A DNA stretch of 64,000 nucleotides from assembly GCF_006345805.1 (NCBI RefSeq), contig NC_043011.1, positions 34,360,464 through 34,424,463 of the forward strand. The letters run 5' to 3'. The stretch comes from Octopus sinensis. Lineage: Eukaryota. Each line of letters starts with the position of its first letter. Positions within the stretch are counted from its first letter, which is position 1. The notes below the pieces were generated by a model. It had not been told where the DNA came from. It worked only from the letters and a program-made list of their open reading frames with translations, and did no database searches. Of the stretch, positions 52,960 to 64,000 are shown piece by piece. Both the position numbers and the translations under genes were made by a program.

Positions 52960-53527
52960 TACTTCTTGCATTTTTCGCGAACGTTAAACTAATGTGTACA
53001 CCTTTGTTTACTGTCCCCTCACCTGTCTTTTTTTTTTTTACAATTTTGAACTAGACACACACACACACTCACACACAAACAAACACGATGGGCTTCCACG
53101 CAACCTCCGTTTACCAAACTAACTCGCGAGGCACTGGCGGCTATAATAGGTGACACTTATCCAAGGTGCCGCGCAGGGGGACTGAACCCAAAACTACGCG
53201 GTTACAAACTAAGCTTATTAACTATACAACCAACCACTCCTGCACCTGTAAAAAAATTTTTTTAACATTTATTCACCCAATTAATTTTATTGTTGGTTTT
53301 GTTGGTTTTGTCATCGTTGTTCTTTTTTTTTTTTCACATTTTTGTTTCTCTTTTAGATTTGAACTTTGACTCTAAAACAAAACAAATGCAAAACAACAGA
53401 AATGTTTGAGTTGTCACTTCATTGTCTGACAATGATTACAAATGTATCACTGCGTATGTATGTACGCTCAGTGAAAAAGTGAGTGAAAGAGAGAGGGGGA
53501 GGGGGGAGAAAGAGAGAAGGGGGGAAA

Positions 53528-53558
<31 letters not shown>

Positions 53559-53954
53559 TGACGAGGACGATGATGATATGTTTTCTTTAATAATAATTAT
53601 TATGAAAAAGAAAGGCATTTCAAATACGTTAGCAGACTTGAATACAGAACAAAGGTCACAGTGCAAACAATAATTACAATGTGCTTTTGTGTTGTGAGTG
53701 TGCGCGCGCATACACAACTTAAAGCGGTTGGGTGACGAGCATCAGAGCGTTGCGAGATTTAAAGCAGCTTTCTTCTTTTTTTTTTTTTTTTTACTTTTTT
53801 TGAGAATCTGAGTTCTAATCCTCCCAAAGTCATCTTTAATTTTGATTCTTTCGATGGTGAAAATAAAAAAGGTGCACGGCCAGTACTGCTGCGGCCCTCC
53901 CTCCTATCTGCTTTTCTCTCTCTCTCTCTCTCTCGCTACACACACACACACACA

Positions 53955-54258
53955 AAATGGGACAAGAAACGCAAAACATCCAGACAGTTTGGTGATACAA
54001 AAAAGGGGAAAACAAAACATCCAGATAGACGATACGAAGAAAATAAGGACGGGTCATTCGGAGTTTTCTTTCTTCGGTCGAGTTCCAGATTATCATTGCA
54101 ATTTCGGCTGGTCATACTCGAGATTGCTCCAATCTGGCCAGCCCCAAGGAAAAACTAAGCTAAGAGCATTAGATTCCTTGGAAGAAATCAGCGAATGTAT
54201 ACGAAAGCAAGAACTGAAAAAGACGGAGAATGTTATACAGATACAAATAACAGGACAT

Positions 54259-54265
<7 letters not shown>
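53955..54265. repeat. Interspersed repeat between (CA)n and (TA)n, with a second copy at ~59900-60150
   Basis: Both copies share GGACGGGTCATTCG...GCCCCAAGGAAAAACTAAGCT..GAGCATTAGATT..TTGGAA...GAATGTATACGAAA. Confidence 0.7.
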
Positions 54266-54299
<34 letters not shown>

Positions 54300-54837
54300 T
54301 TTCTATGTGTCTGTCTGTTTGTCTCTCTTCAGTTGTCACATTCTGGATGTTTCACACCTTGGGAGGGTACATATATCTGTGTCTGTTTGTGACTATATTA
54401 GCACCGAAGACCATTACCAAGTTACCAAGTTAAACGTCTGCGCGCACGCACACATACACACACATTTATATATGAAGCAGTAATGTATAGGTTTTACTCA
54501 AACATGAATTTTAGTTATTATCGATCAAATACATTTCAAAGTTCTGAATCACAAAGTATTCTGAAGTAGCGCAGCTGCGTTTAAAGATTCAAAAGTTTCT
54601 GAGGAACTTTTCAAATTAGTTAGAGCAGACATTGATAAAACATTAAAATCTATAATATACAACCCTGTGTGTGTGTTTGTGTGTGTAATTTTGTACATGA
54701 TGATGACATGCAGTGGAAACGATCGGTGTGCGCAAACGAAAGAATTTGGAAATCTACCTACGTTCGTATTTTACGAATTTGAATAATCGAAGACAGTTGT
54801 CTTCAGATATACAAATACGATGTATGTATGTATATAT

Positions 54838-54900
<63 letters not shown>

Positions 54901-55254
54901 GTCATGTTCTTGCTACCACTTCCATCCTCCGCAAAAAATCCCAAATTTGATTTAATTTGCTTTGCGGGAAGGACTGGTTCAACGAAGTCGCGTCTTGTCC
55001 TTACTTTCTTAACGCAGAGTAGATGAAACAGGGACAACTGAAGAAGGGGAATATTCTTTGTTGTATGTCTCGTTTCTCTGTTTTTTTCGTTGTTCGAAAA
55101 AAAAGTTTGTTTCTATGTTTGTGTTTTTATGTTTTCGTTTCTCATTGTGTTCAACGTTTTTTGATGTCCTGTACCCATATATGCATGTATATATACATAT
55201 ATATATGTAGGTATGTAAATATATGTATGTATATACGCATATATTTATATATTG

Positions 55255-55337
<83 letters not shown>

Positions 55338-56521
55338 GCAAGAAAGTAAATTTCGAACGCAGTATAGCTGTGTTAGCAGCAGAGAAAGATTGGGTATTTA
55401 CCCTTAGAAGACGAAAAAAAAGTTGCCAGCAGGCCCTAGCTGTTATATAAAATATGTGTGAATGTGTGTGTAACATAAGTATTCGCACACACATTATATA
55501 TATATACAAATACATAAAAATAGATATGTATAACATTAATATACAAACATGCGTACACACACACACAGAGGATATATATATATATATATATACAAACACA
55601 ATGTTTTTTTAATGATGTGTACATACTTATCTTCACAGATAAATTGTATGTGCACACATACGAGAGAGAGAGGGGGGATGGGAAGTGAAACTAACAGGAT
55701 GTAATACTTCTTGCGTAATGTGAGAATAAGTGACAATAGAGTGTGGTGTGTGTGTGTATGTGGGCTAAGTGGGTGCGTGATGAGTAATGACATTTGCACC
55801 GGATTTGGGGAGTAGTGGTTTAACTTCATTGCAGACTGTCAACAAAGTTACTATGCTGTTTAGTTAATCAAGAATATCAAGGCGGCGAAATGACAGAAAC
55901 GTTAGTACGCCGGCGGCGAAATTTTTTTTCCCCACGAGAGTTCCGGACCCCAGTTATGAACTCATTTGCATACAGCCAATATAGAGCTCTACTATCAAAC
56001 TAATTTATGAGCGCATAACGAGCGATAGGCGATAAGATAAGGTCACTTGGGTTAAGGAATGACCATGCTTCTTGATCTTGTTCTTGTTTCACCCATGTTT
56101 GCTTCTGCGTAGTTATTTGTGTTGTTGTTTACTTTGTAAAACAGTAAGGGGAGAGGGTTGCTAGCGCATTACCCTCTACCCACATTTTCCCCATCCACAT
56201 CTTTACCACATGGAGCCCTAGCAAAATCCGATAATAGGTATAGATGCAAATCAATCTAATTACTTGTCTCCTTCTAAAATCAGGCACAACTTGGCGATCG
56301 GTCGACTTACAAACACACTATGTCACATAGATTCAGCATGGAAATTACGATAAGAGTATATGAATCTGTGAAATATTCAGCCTGTTACAGGTTCGTTGAA
56401 ATGAATAGATAGTTCAGTTGATCGAACAGCCGATCACTAATCGCCGAAACCGACGGAGACTCTTTTCTGTACATATGTATAAATGCACTTGAGTCTGTAT
56501 GTTTAAAAATGTATGCATGTT

Positions 56522-56860
56522 ATTTATAAACTATTTACAAGTTCAAATATGCTTGAGGCATATTCGGACCCGCAAGAAAGCCATTCACTGTATTTTTACC
56601 ACGCAGAAAATTTCTCGCTGTAGACAAATAGGTGTAAACTCACCAAGTATCTGATACTGAGGAGGAGTTAACAACTCCGAAACGCATGCATCCATCAGTT
56701 TGGATAGAGGTGGGCGCTTCGAAATGACTCGGTGTGTATACACCTATTTGTCTACAGCGAGAAATTTTCTCCATGATAAACACACCATGAATGGCTGTTT
56801 TATGCGTTCGAATATGCCTCTTGCACATTTTAACTAGTAATAAGTTTATGTCTGTACACA
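56522..56860. mobile_element. Fold-back with ~120-bp arms and a hammerhead motif in the spacer (Penelope-like)
   Basis: The arm AGAAAATTTCTCGCTGTAGACAAATAGGTGTA recurs in reverse complement. The spacer contains a hammerhead core. Confidence 0.75.
56651..56698 (+). ncRNA. Type I hammerhead ribozyme motif with two stem mismatches
   Basis: CTGATA-CTGAGGA-GGAG-TTAACAA-CTCC-GAAAC-GCATGC-ATC-CATCAG. Confidence 0.7.
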
Positions 56861-57329
56861 TAACTGTGTTGCGTTTCTAATCTGTATTTCTTATTTGATT
56901 CGGCTCTCGGGTCGTCAAACGAATCTATCCCGTTAAGCTTTTAAAAACCGATTACTAAAAGCCTGACAAATTAGGTTCATTTGAAGAGTCTACCAAACTT
57001 TAAGTTGCATGTAACTCCTACAAAATGTGTTGAGTGCCACTTTCTTTCATTTGTCCTCTCGCTTATCTAGGTATATATGTATATATGTTTATGCATGTGT
57101 GTCAATTACAGACGCAGGACATGTAACCAATGAAACTAGATATCCGAGGGAAAAAATTCATGTTTGTACACGGATAATTCCACGTTGCAGGTTTGTAGGC
57201 TATAATGGTCATAGAGTACAAATAAATAGTACAAGATAGGGGAATACTGTATGACATAATTTACTTATAGCATCTTAAGACGTTGTAAGTAAATCATTTC
57301 ATGTGTTTATATATCGTGGACTGTTCCTG

Positions 57330-57930
57330 TTCAGTAACCATCTCCGTCAGGTTCGAATGTGGGCTACAAGGCCAGCTCTTGATCTGCAGCAAAGATAACA
57401 TCTACTGTAGGTGAAGCTACTTGAAGCAACGTAAAGGGGATGCTTCTCATATGCTCTTTCGTATTCGCTCGGTTGTTTCTCCTCAATAAGTGGAATTACG
57501 GGCGTCAGCGGTCAGTGTCATTCATCACGTCTCAGGGTCTTTTCCTCCCAAGTGTCTGGGGAGATGACGGAGTTCTTCATACAGCATATCTTTGTATCGG
57601 AACCTTTGGCCACCACAGGTCCGCCTACCCTGACACTATTCACTGTAGAAAACTACCTTTGAGGGCCTGTGTCTCTCCATTACGCAAATATATTCCACCC
57701 AGCGCAGCTGCGATGAGTTTATGAGGACCTCCACACTAACTGCGCCAACGTGGAGCAAGACCTCCGCATCAGGAGTGATATCTTGCCATCTGATATGCAA
57801 GATGGAGCGCAGATGACGAAGTTGGACTTGCATCAGGTTCTTGAGATGCTTACGGTAGAGGGCCATGCATTCCGTGGCGTAGAGAAAGTCAGGGAACACT
57901 GCGGCACTGTACACGTTTTTCTTCGTGTCA
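57330..57930 (-). mobile_element. RTE-clade LINE ORF C-terminal relic
   Basis: LYATECMALYRKHLK..QLRHLRSILHIRWQD..EVL...SQLRW...FYSE, then RYKD and a terminal CRSRAGLVAHIR. Confidence 0.85.
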
Positions 57931-58431
57931 TGACAGCTCCACAGACGCTTCTCTCGAGAGCCAAAAACCTTTAATCTCTTTTACACACACACACACACAC
58001 AAATATATGCATATATACACACACATACACTGATGCACACAATATGTCGCTCCCTTGTGGCTAATGCCATTAGAAATACTGTGAACCAGTGATTTCCAAC
58101 TCCGCCGTCTTTCACAAAATGCATGATATTCATTATTAACGAGACCAGTTTTCCCAAGTAAAGGATATCGATAATCGGCTCGATAGTAATGTATTAGAAG
58201 CATATATTTTATTGATTCTGGAGGGAATTAAAAGATAAAAATATACGAAGTTTAAATCTATCAAGATTTAGTAGTCATGTTGCATGTACTGAACTCTGAT
58301 AACTGTTGATTCGCTTGTTCATTAATTAGACTGATGCCCAGCTACTGAATTTAGTAATCATTGAGTGCTCTGGGTGTAACTTCGGTATAGGTACCAGAAA
58401 TACCGGATACATTTCAAGAAAGTGTTTCTTG

Positions 58432-59513
58432 AACTTAATAGCACCACTTGGAAAATACATTTAATGATGTTTATATTACAGTACAGACAGTCTTCGAGCA
58501 CTATGACCCATTCGAGTAAAGAGATATTACTCACAAAGATATATCCGGATGTAGGTGGTTTATCTGAAATTTGTTGGAGATATTCGTCCATAAATCGTTT
58601 GGACCTATTTCTCCTCTTATGAGTCTTAGCATGATGTTAAAGAAAGCAGGGCCAGCTGAGGTGAAATAGTTCCGTCTTAGTGTTGTGATGTGATGCAAGC
58701 ATGATTTTTGTAAAGAACTGATGTCACGGGGACCAACCGTTGGGTGAATTTTGAAGTTGATACCAACATTATTTGAGCAATGTTGATGGATTATTTTATG
58801 ACGATGAAACACCAAATAGAAAACAAAAAACGAACCAATTTATCAGAGCACCGGCGATCCTTCGGTATAGGTACCGTAAGTGGCTTTGCTTACATTTCTG
58901 AAGATAACAGAAACCCTTTTCTCCCTAACCCTAACACAAACCCTAACCCCCCATATATATAAAAAAAACAAGTGTTGTTTTTTTTATATATATGGGGGTT
59001 AGGGTTTGTGTTAGGGTTAGGGAGAAAAGGGTTTCTGTTATCTTCAGAAATGTAAGCAAAGCCACTTACGGTACCTATACCGAAGGATCGCCGGTGCTCT
59101 GATAAATTGGTTCGTTTTTTGTTTTCTATTTGGTGTTTCATCGTCATAAAATAATCCATCAACATTGCTCAAATAATGTTGGTATCAACTTCAAAATTCA
59201 CCCAACGGTTGGTCCCCGTGACATCAGTTCTTTACAAAAATCATGCTTGCATCACATCACAACACTAAGACGGAACTATTTCACCTCAGCTGGCCCTGCT
59301 TTCTTTAACATCATGCTAAGACTCATAAGAGGAGAAATAGGTCCAAACGATTTATGGACGAATATCTCCAACAAATTTCAGATAAACCACCTACATCCGG
59401 ATATATCTTTGTGAGTAATATCTCTTTACTCGAATGGGTCATAGTGCTCGAAGACTGTCTGTACTGTAATATAAACATCATTAAATGTATTTTCCAAGTG
59501 GTGCTATTAAGTT
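58432..59513. repeat. 1082-bp near-perfect palindrome (540/539-bp arms, GTG loop)
   Basis: The arms are exact reverse complements except for C6 vs G5 near the apex. Identical 94-aa ORFs occur at 58531-58815(-) and 59130-59414(+). Confidence 0.97.
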
Positions 59514-59560
59514 AGTCATAGCCTGGACCAGTTCTGGCTGAAACTTATCTTAGTATCTAA
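59110..59560 (+). mobile_element. 3' fragment of a CR1/Jockey-group non-LTR retrotransposon (mirrored at 58432-58835)
   Basis: ITTLRRNYFTSAGPAFFNI and (M)DEYLQQISDKPPTSGY..SLLEW resemble the ORF2 C-terminal 'GPRLFN..LDxxLxxxPDxP..GY..NSL' pattern. The sequence continues past the arm to a TATCTTAGTATCTAA end. Confidence 0.65.
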
Positions 59561-59846
59561 ATATTTGAAAAGAGGTAAAATGTGTTCAAATTTCAAAAAC
59601 GATACAAACAAAATCCCAACATATATACGACGGGAACATCAACAAACTTGTTAAACAGCGGGGGAACTCAAAGACGCACCCACACACTCGTGTGTTCCTT
59701 CTTTCCTGAGCGTCCAATAATACCATATTGGCGATGTCTAGAACCGTAAGTTTGCCATTACGGTGCCATTACTAGAACGTAAGTTTGCCACTATATTTGT
59801 TCCACGTCTTCGCGTTGTGTGCTTTCATGTTTGGATTAACTATATA

Positions 59847-59891
<45 letters not shown>

Positions 59892-61336
59892 TATATATAA
59901 AAAATACAAAATGGGACAAGAATACAAAAAAACACAAAAAGACGACACAAAGAACGGACGGGTCATTCGAAGCCTCTAATCTTCAGTCAGGAACCGGATC
60001 GTCATAGCAAATTTCGGCTAATTAATCCTGATATCGCTCAGATCCGGCTAGCCCCAAGGAAAAACTAAGCTGCGAGCATTAGATTTCTTGGAAAAAGGAT
60101 CGAATGTATACGAAACAAGGACAGAAAAACGGACGATGCCACACGAATATAAATAAAAAAAAAAAAAAATTAAATTAAAAACAAGAATGGTAATAACGGG
60201 ACAAAAACAGCGTATGTCTTACGACTTTAGACAATTGAACTTATCTTAGCGGGCGTATTTTGAAATAATTGCCTTATCGGCAGACGAAGAGAGAGGCCGT
60301 GTTGTCACAGCAGCGGAAAGGCCAGTTAACCAGCAGGTCACGTGAAAGTGGAGAAGAAGAGACAGAAAAAACAAATATATATATATACATACACACACAC
60401 ACACACATACGACTATCTCCACGCGGTTTCCGTCATATAAATTCACTCTCCAGATATTATTTGGTCCGAGGCTGTTATAGTAGTAGGACTGGATTCGAAA
60501 CCACGTCGTTGCAAAACAAATTTCTTAACCACACAAAAATGCCAGCGCCTAGGAATTGAATTGAGCAGTAGTTCTAGGAAATAACAGTTTTACACGGCTA
60601 ATACCGTTTGAATTGATGAAATATCGTTCTTGCCGTATCTATTTGGAATTACTGCTTCGATGATCACAATCTTACCAGTAAGATATGGAATTAGATTCCA
60701 TTGACTATCTTCCATTCCATTTCCGAAACCAAATATAAAAGAGGCCTTGTATCGAGGCAAAAAGCTATTGATACAAAATTAATGTGCACTGATAACAATT
60801 TGACAAGCAATAAACATTTTATTGTATGTGTGTTGAGGAAGGGGATCAGTGTTGCGGTGGAAGGAAATGGAAGTATATAATAGTAAAGCGAATAAAATTT
60901 ACTTACGAGGTTGGATGGTAAAATGTCTTTTGACAGGCTGCTGATAACGGCGAGAGTGATGGTACAGAGCTATGTTAACGGAAGATAGCTTTGTAGTTCT
61001 TTCTCTTAGGTTTTTAGACGATGTTCTTATTGTTGTGAAGCCCCAGGTCAACTCTTATCGAGCAGACCTTATAAAACATAGGGAGCAGTCGGTCGGTCAA
61101 ACGACTCAGTACAATCCATATGCCCGCTGCTTTTCATATATATATATATATATATCGTACATCTACTTAAATGTGTTAATACACTGTGCAGTATAGAAAT
61201 CAGGCATAATTCGGTGCATTGAATAAAAAGAAAATACCAGATGGTATTTATTCTGCTGAGTCGTAACTGACACTACTGGCTTGTTGGAAATCTGTAGTGC
61301 GGTTTGCCCCTGTAACGCATATAGGTTTTAAATGAA

Positions 61337-61568
61337 AAGGTGGCGAGCTGGCAGAAACGTTAGCACGCCGGGCGAAATGCGTAGCCGTATTTCGTCTGCC
61401 GTTACGTTCTGAGTTCAAATTCCGCCGAGGTCGACTTTGTCTTTCATCCTTTCGGGGTCGATAAATTAAGTACCAGTTACGCACTGGGGTCGATATAATC
61501 GACTTAATCCGTTTGTTTGTCCTTGTTTGTCCCCTCTGTGTTTAGCCCCTTGTGGGTAGTAAAGAAAT
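61337..61568 (+). mobile_element. Family C SINE monomer with a perfect 18-bp TSD
   Basis: ATATAGGTTTTAAATGAA at 61319-36 and 61569-86. The element ends GTAAAGAAAT. Confidence 0.95.
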
Positions 61569-61589
61569 ATATAGGTTTTAAATGAAGTC

Positions 61590-61910
61590 TCAATGAAAGC
61601 GACTTGCTTACTGGTTAGTATATTCGGCTTGCGATCGGAAAGTGATGAGTTCGATTCCCGGCGGCGCGTTGTGTTCTTGAGCAAGGCGTTCTATTTTACG
61701 TTGCTCCAGTTCACTCAGCTGACAGAAATGGTTAGTACCTGCATTTCAAAGGGGGCCAACCATGTCACATTCTGTGTCATGCTGAATCTTCCTGAGAACT
61801 ACGTGTCTGTGGAGTGCTCAACCACTTGCATGTCAGTTTCACGAGCAGCCTGTTCTTTTGATCGGATCAAAAGAAACACTCGTCGTCGTAACCGACGGAG
61901 TGCCAGTTTA
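61590..61910 (+). mobile_element. Diverged SINE, head D with tail 1
   Basis: GTGTTCTTGAGCAAGGCG core and CGTCGTAACCGACGGAGTGCC tail. Confidence 0.75.
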
Positions 61911-62288
61911 GTGGAAGTTTTAACTCCGTAAAGTTGAAAAGTAAAGCTGACTTCAGAACTCATAACACAAGGAGCTAATTGATTCTAACCAAAAGACAAC
62001 TCCAAATAATGATTTCAAATTTTGGTACAAGGCTAGCAATTTCGGGGGAGTGGGGGTCAGTCGATTACATCGATCCCAGTGTCCAACTGTGGCTTATTTT
62101 ATCGACCCCGAAAGTATGAAAGGTAAAGTCGACCTCGGCGGAATTTGAACCGAGAAAGTAAGGACAGACGAAATGCCGCGAAGCATTTCGCCCGGCGTGC
62201 CAGTTCGCCGCCTTAGACAACTCCAGATAATAACGCAGGAATAAGTAGACGGTCATAAATTTACATGTAAGAGCGGGTGGTTGATTAA

Positions 62289-62477
62289 CCCTTTCGCATT
62301 TCGATTATTCTGTCAAATGTTGCGCTAATTTATTATGCATTATCTTGTAGCTTTGCGATTTTGATGATGTGATTGTTATTTCTGTTTAAAGTGGCATTGT
62401 AGCGTAAGTGTGAGAGGTTTGAATATAAAAGCAGTAGAATATTCGAGTCAGATAGAACCGGTTTAAATGATAAAGGG
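62289..62477. mobile_element. piggyBac-type MITE
   Basis: TTAA at 62285-88 and 62478-81. TIRs CCCTTTCGCATTT vs CCCTTTATCATTT (11/13). Confidence 0.75.
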
Positions 62478-62942
62478 TTAAATCAACGCCAGAAAGATAA
62501 AAGGTAAAGTTAACCTCGACAGGGTTCGAACTCAGAACTTAAAGATCCATAACAAACAAATACTGAAAAGTATTTCTGTCTGACACTTAAACGATTCTGC
62601 CAATCTATCGTCAACAAAGAAGGAAAAAAAATCCATAAGTAATGGGAATAGGTGTCAACTTACGTGGTGCCTGGTTTAAGATAACCCATCTAACTTCTGG
62701 AGGATTTGGGTTGATAGGATGGCGTCTGAAAATAGATATAGTAAATGTGTGGTTCTTTGAGTGAGAATGAGCGGGTGGCAGTCCCCTACCCCAGACATAT
62801 ATCCATCATTGTAATTGCTTTTGCAATCGTTGTTGCTGTTGTTTAGCCCTAGGTCAGCAGCTCTACTGAGCATGCCTATAAACGCAGTATTCCTGTTGAG
62901 ATAATCTTTTTTTGAGTTCAGACATAGTGTATCTAGAACTGT

Positions 62943-63235
62943 GAAGAAGCGTAGCTTAGTGGTTAGAGGTATTCGGTTCACAATTGTAAGGTCGTGAGTT
63001 CGATTCTAGGCGGCGTGTTGTGTCCTTGGGCAAGACACTTTATTTCTCGTTGCTCCACTCCACTCAGCTCGCAAAAATGAGTTGCATCCATAAGTTGAAA
63101 GGCCAGCTTTGGCACATTCTTTGGTACGTGTATCTTTGGGGTGCCCATCTACTTGCGCGTTAATTTCACGAGCAGGCTGTTCGGTTGATCAGCTCAACAG
63201 AAACACTCGTCGTCGTAACTGACGGAGAGCCAGGC
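62943..63235 (+). mobile_element. SINE head D with tail 1
   Basis: GCGTAGCTTAGTGGTTAG head, GTGTCCTTGGGCAAGACACTT core and GTCGTAACTGACGGAG tail. Confidence 0.8.
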
Positions 63236-64000
63236 CATCTAGGACTACATATCTAATGTGTCTTTTTTCCTTCCTTCTTTCTTTCTTTTTATTTATTTTT
63301 TTAGACAATAGGGTATACGGGAGTGATTTTGCTGCTATTTCAGACAAGCATGTTTACTTTACATTGAGATATACGAGATTCATTCGTTTCCATTTATTAT
63401 ATTTCATCTTGTCATTGCTCATAACCCCCATCTAATTTCTAATCAGTTGTTGAGTACTCTCTGTGAATAAATGCCCCGATTGCACGAACTAAGACGTACC
63501 GAACCGCTGGGTTACGGGGACGTAAACAAACCAGCATCCATTGTCAAGAAGTGGTAGGGGACAAATACAAGAAAATACACACCCACACGACGGGGTTCCA
63601 TACAGTTTCCCTCATCAAAATTCACTGACAAAGCATTGGTCAATCCGGGACGATAGTAGGTGCTGTGCAGTGGATCTGAACCTGAAACAACCTGGTTCCA
63701 AAACGAGCTTCTTAACCAACACAACGATACATTATTCTCCATAAAGTTACCCTGTCTTTTTCTCTCCACCGCTTTACTCGTCTTCCTCACTTATTCCCTC
63801 TTTTTTTTCTTATCCGCCACTGTTTTCGGCCTTTAAAAATTTTCTTTATTCATTATTCATTATCCCCCCTCTCTCTCTCTCAATATTCACACAAACAAGG
63901 AATTTTAAGTGTCTTCCTTCTAGCAATTCTAGTAGAATACGACTGTATTACACTAGCAGTGTGTATCCCTCTCTGCCTCGAAGTCTGTAGATAACAGACA

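Noticed and set aside
53420-53434. Palindrome CATTGTCTGACAATG resembling a paired Sox site
   Set aside because: A 7-bp-arm palindrome is expected by chance several times in 64 kb, and there is no supporting evidence.
54040-54090. Possible hammerhead on the minus strand of the 53955/59900 repeat
   Set aside because: The core is too degenerate (no GAAA, and stem II is not conserved between the two copies).

Overview
Eukaryotic, AT-rich, repeat-dominated non-coding DNA (intergenic or inside a large intron). I recognise the SINE families and the TTAGGG-type repeats as cephalopod, probably Octopus; this is an inference, not a search result. I found no supportable host protein-coding gene, tRNA/rRNA gene or CRISPR array. 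Almost all long ORFs in the track are microsatellite translations. The window holds dozens of tRNA-derived SINEs in four head/core types (called A-D here) and decayed DNA transposons: one Tc1, one DD37D/maT-like and two mariner. It also holds MITEs (mariner, hAT-like, piggyBac-like, and a 3-copy GG-terminal family with 8-bp TSDs), a Helitron helicase relic, non-autonomous Helitron and Helentron elements, RTE and CR1/Jockey-like LINE fragments, and Penelope-like fragments with minimal hammerhead ribozyme motifs. The most unusual structures are a 1.08-kb near-perfect palindrome (58432-59513), a perfect 205-bp palindrome (39171-39375), a hammerhead held in the loop of a fold-back (56522-56860), SINE multimers that share one junction at three loci, and a flush head-to-tail Helitron dimer.
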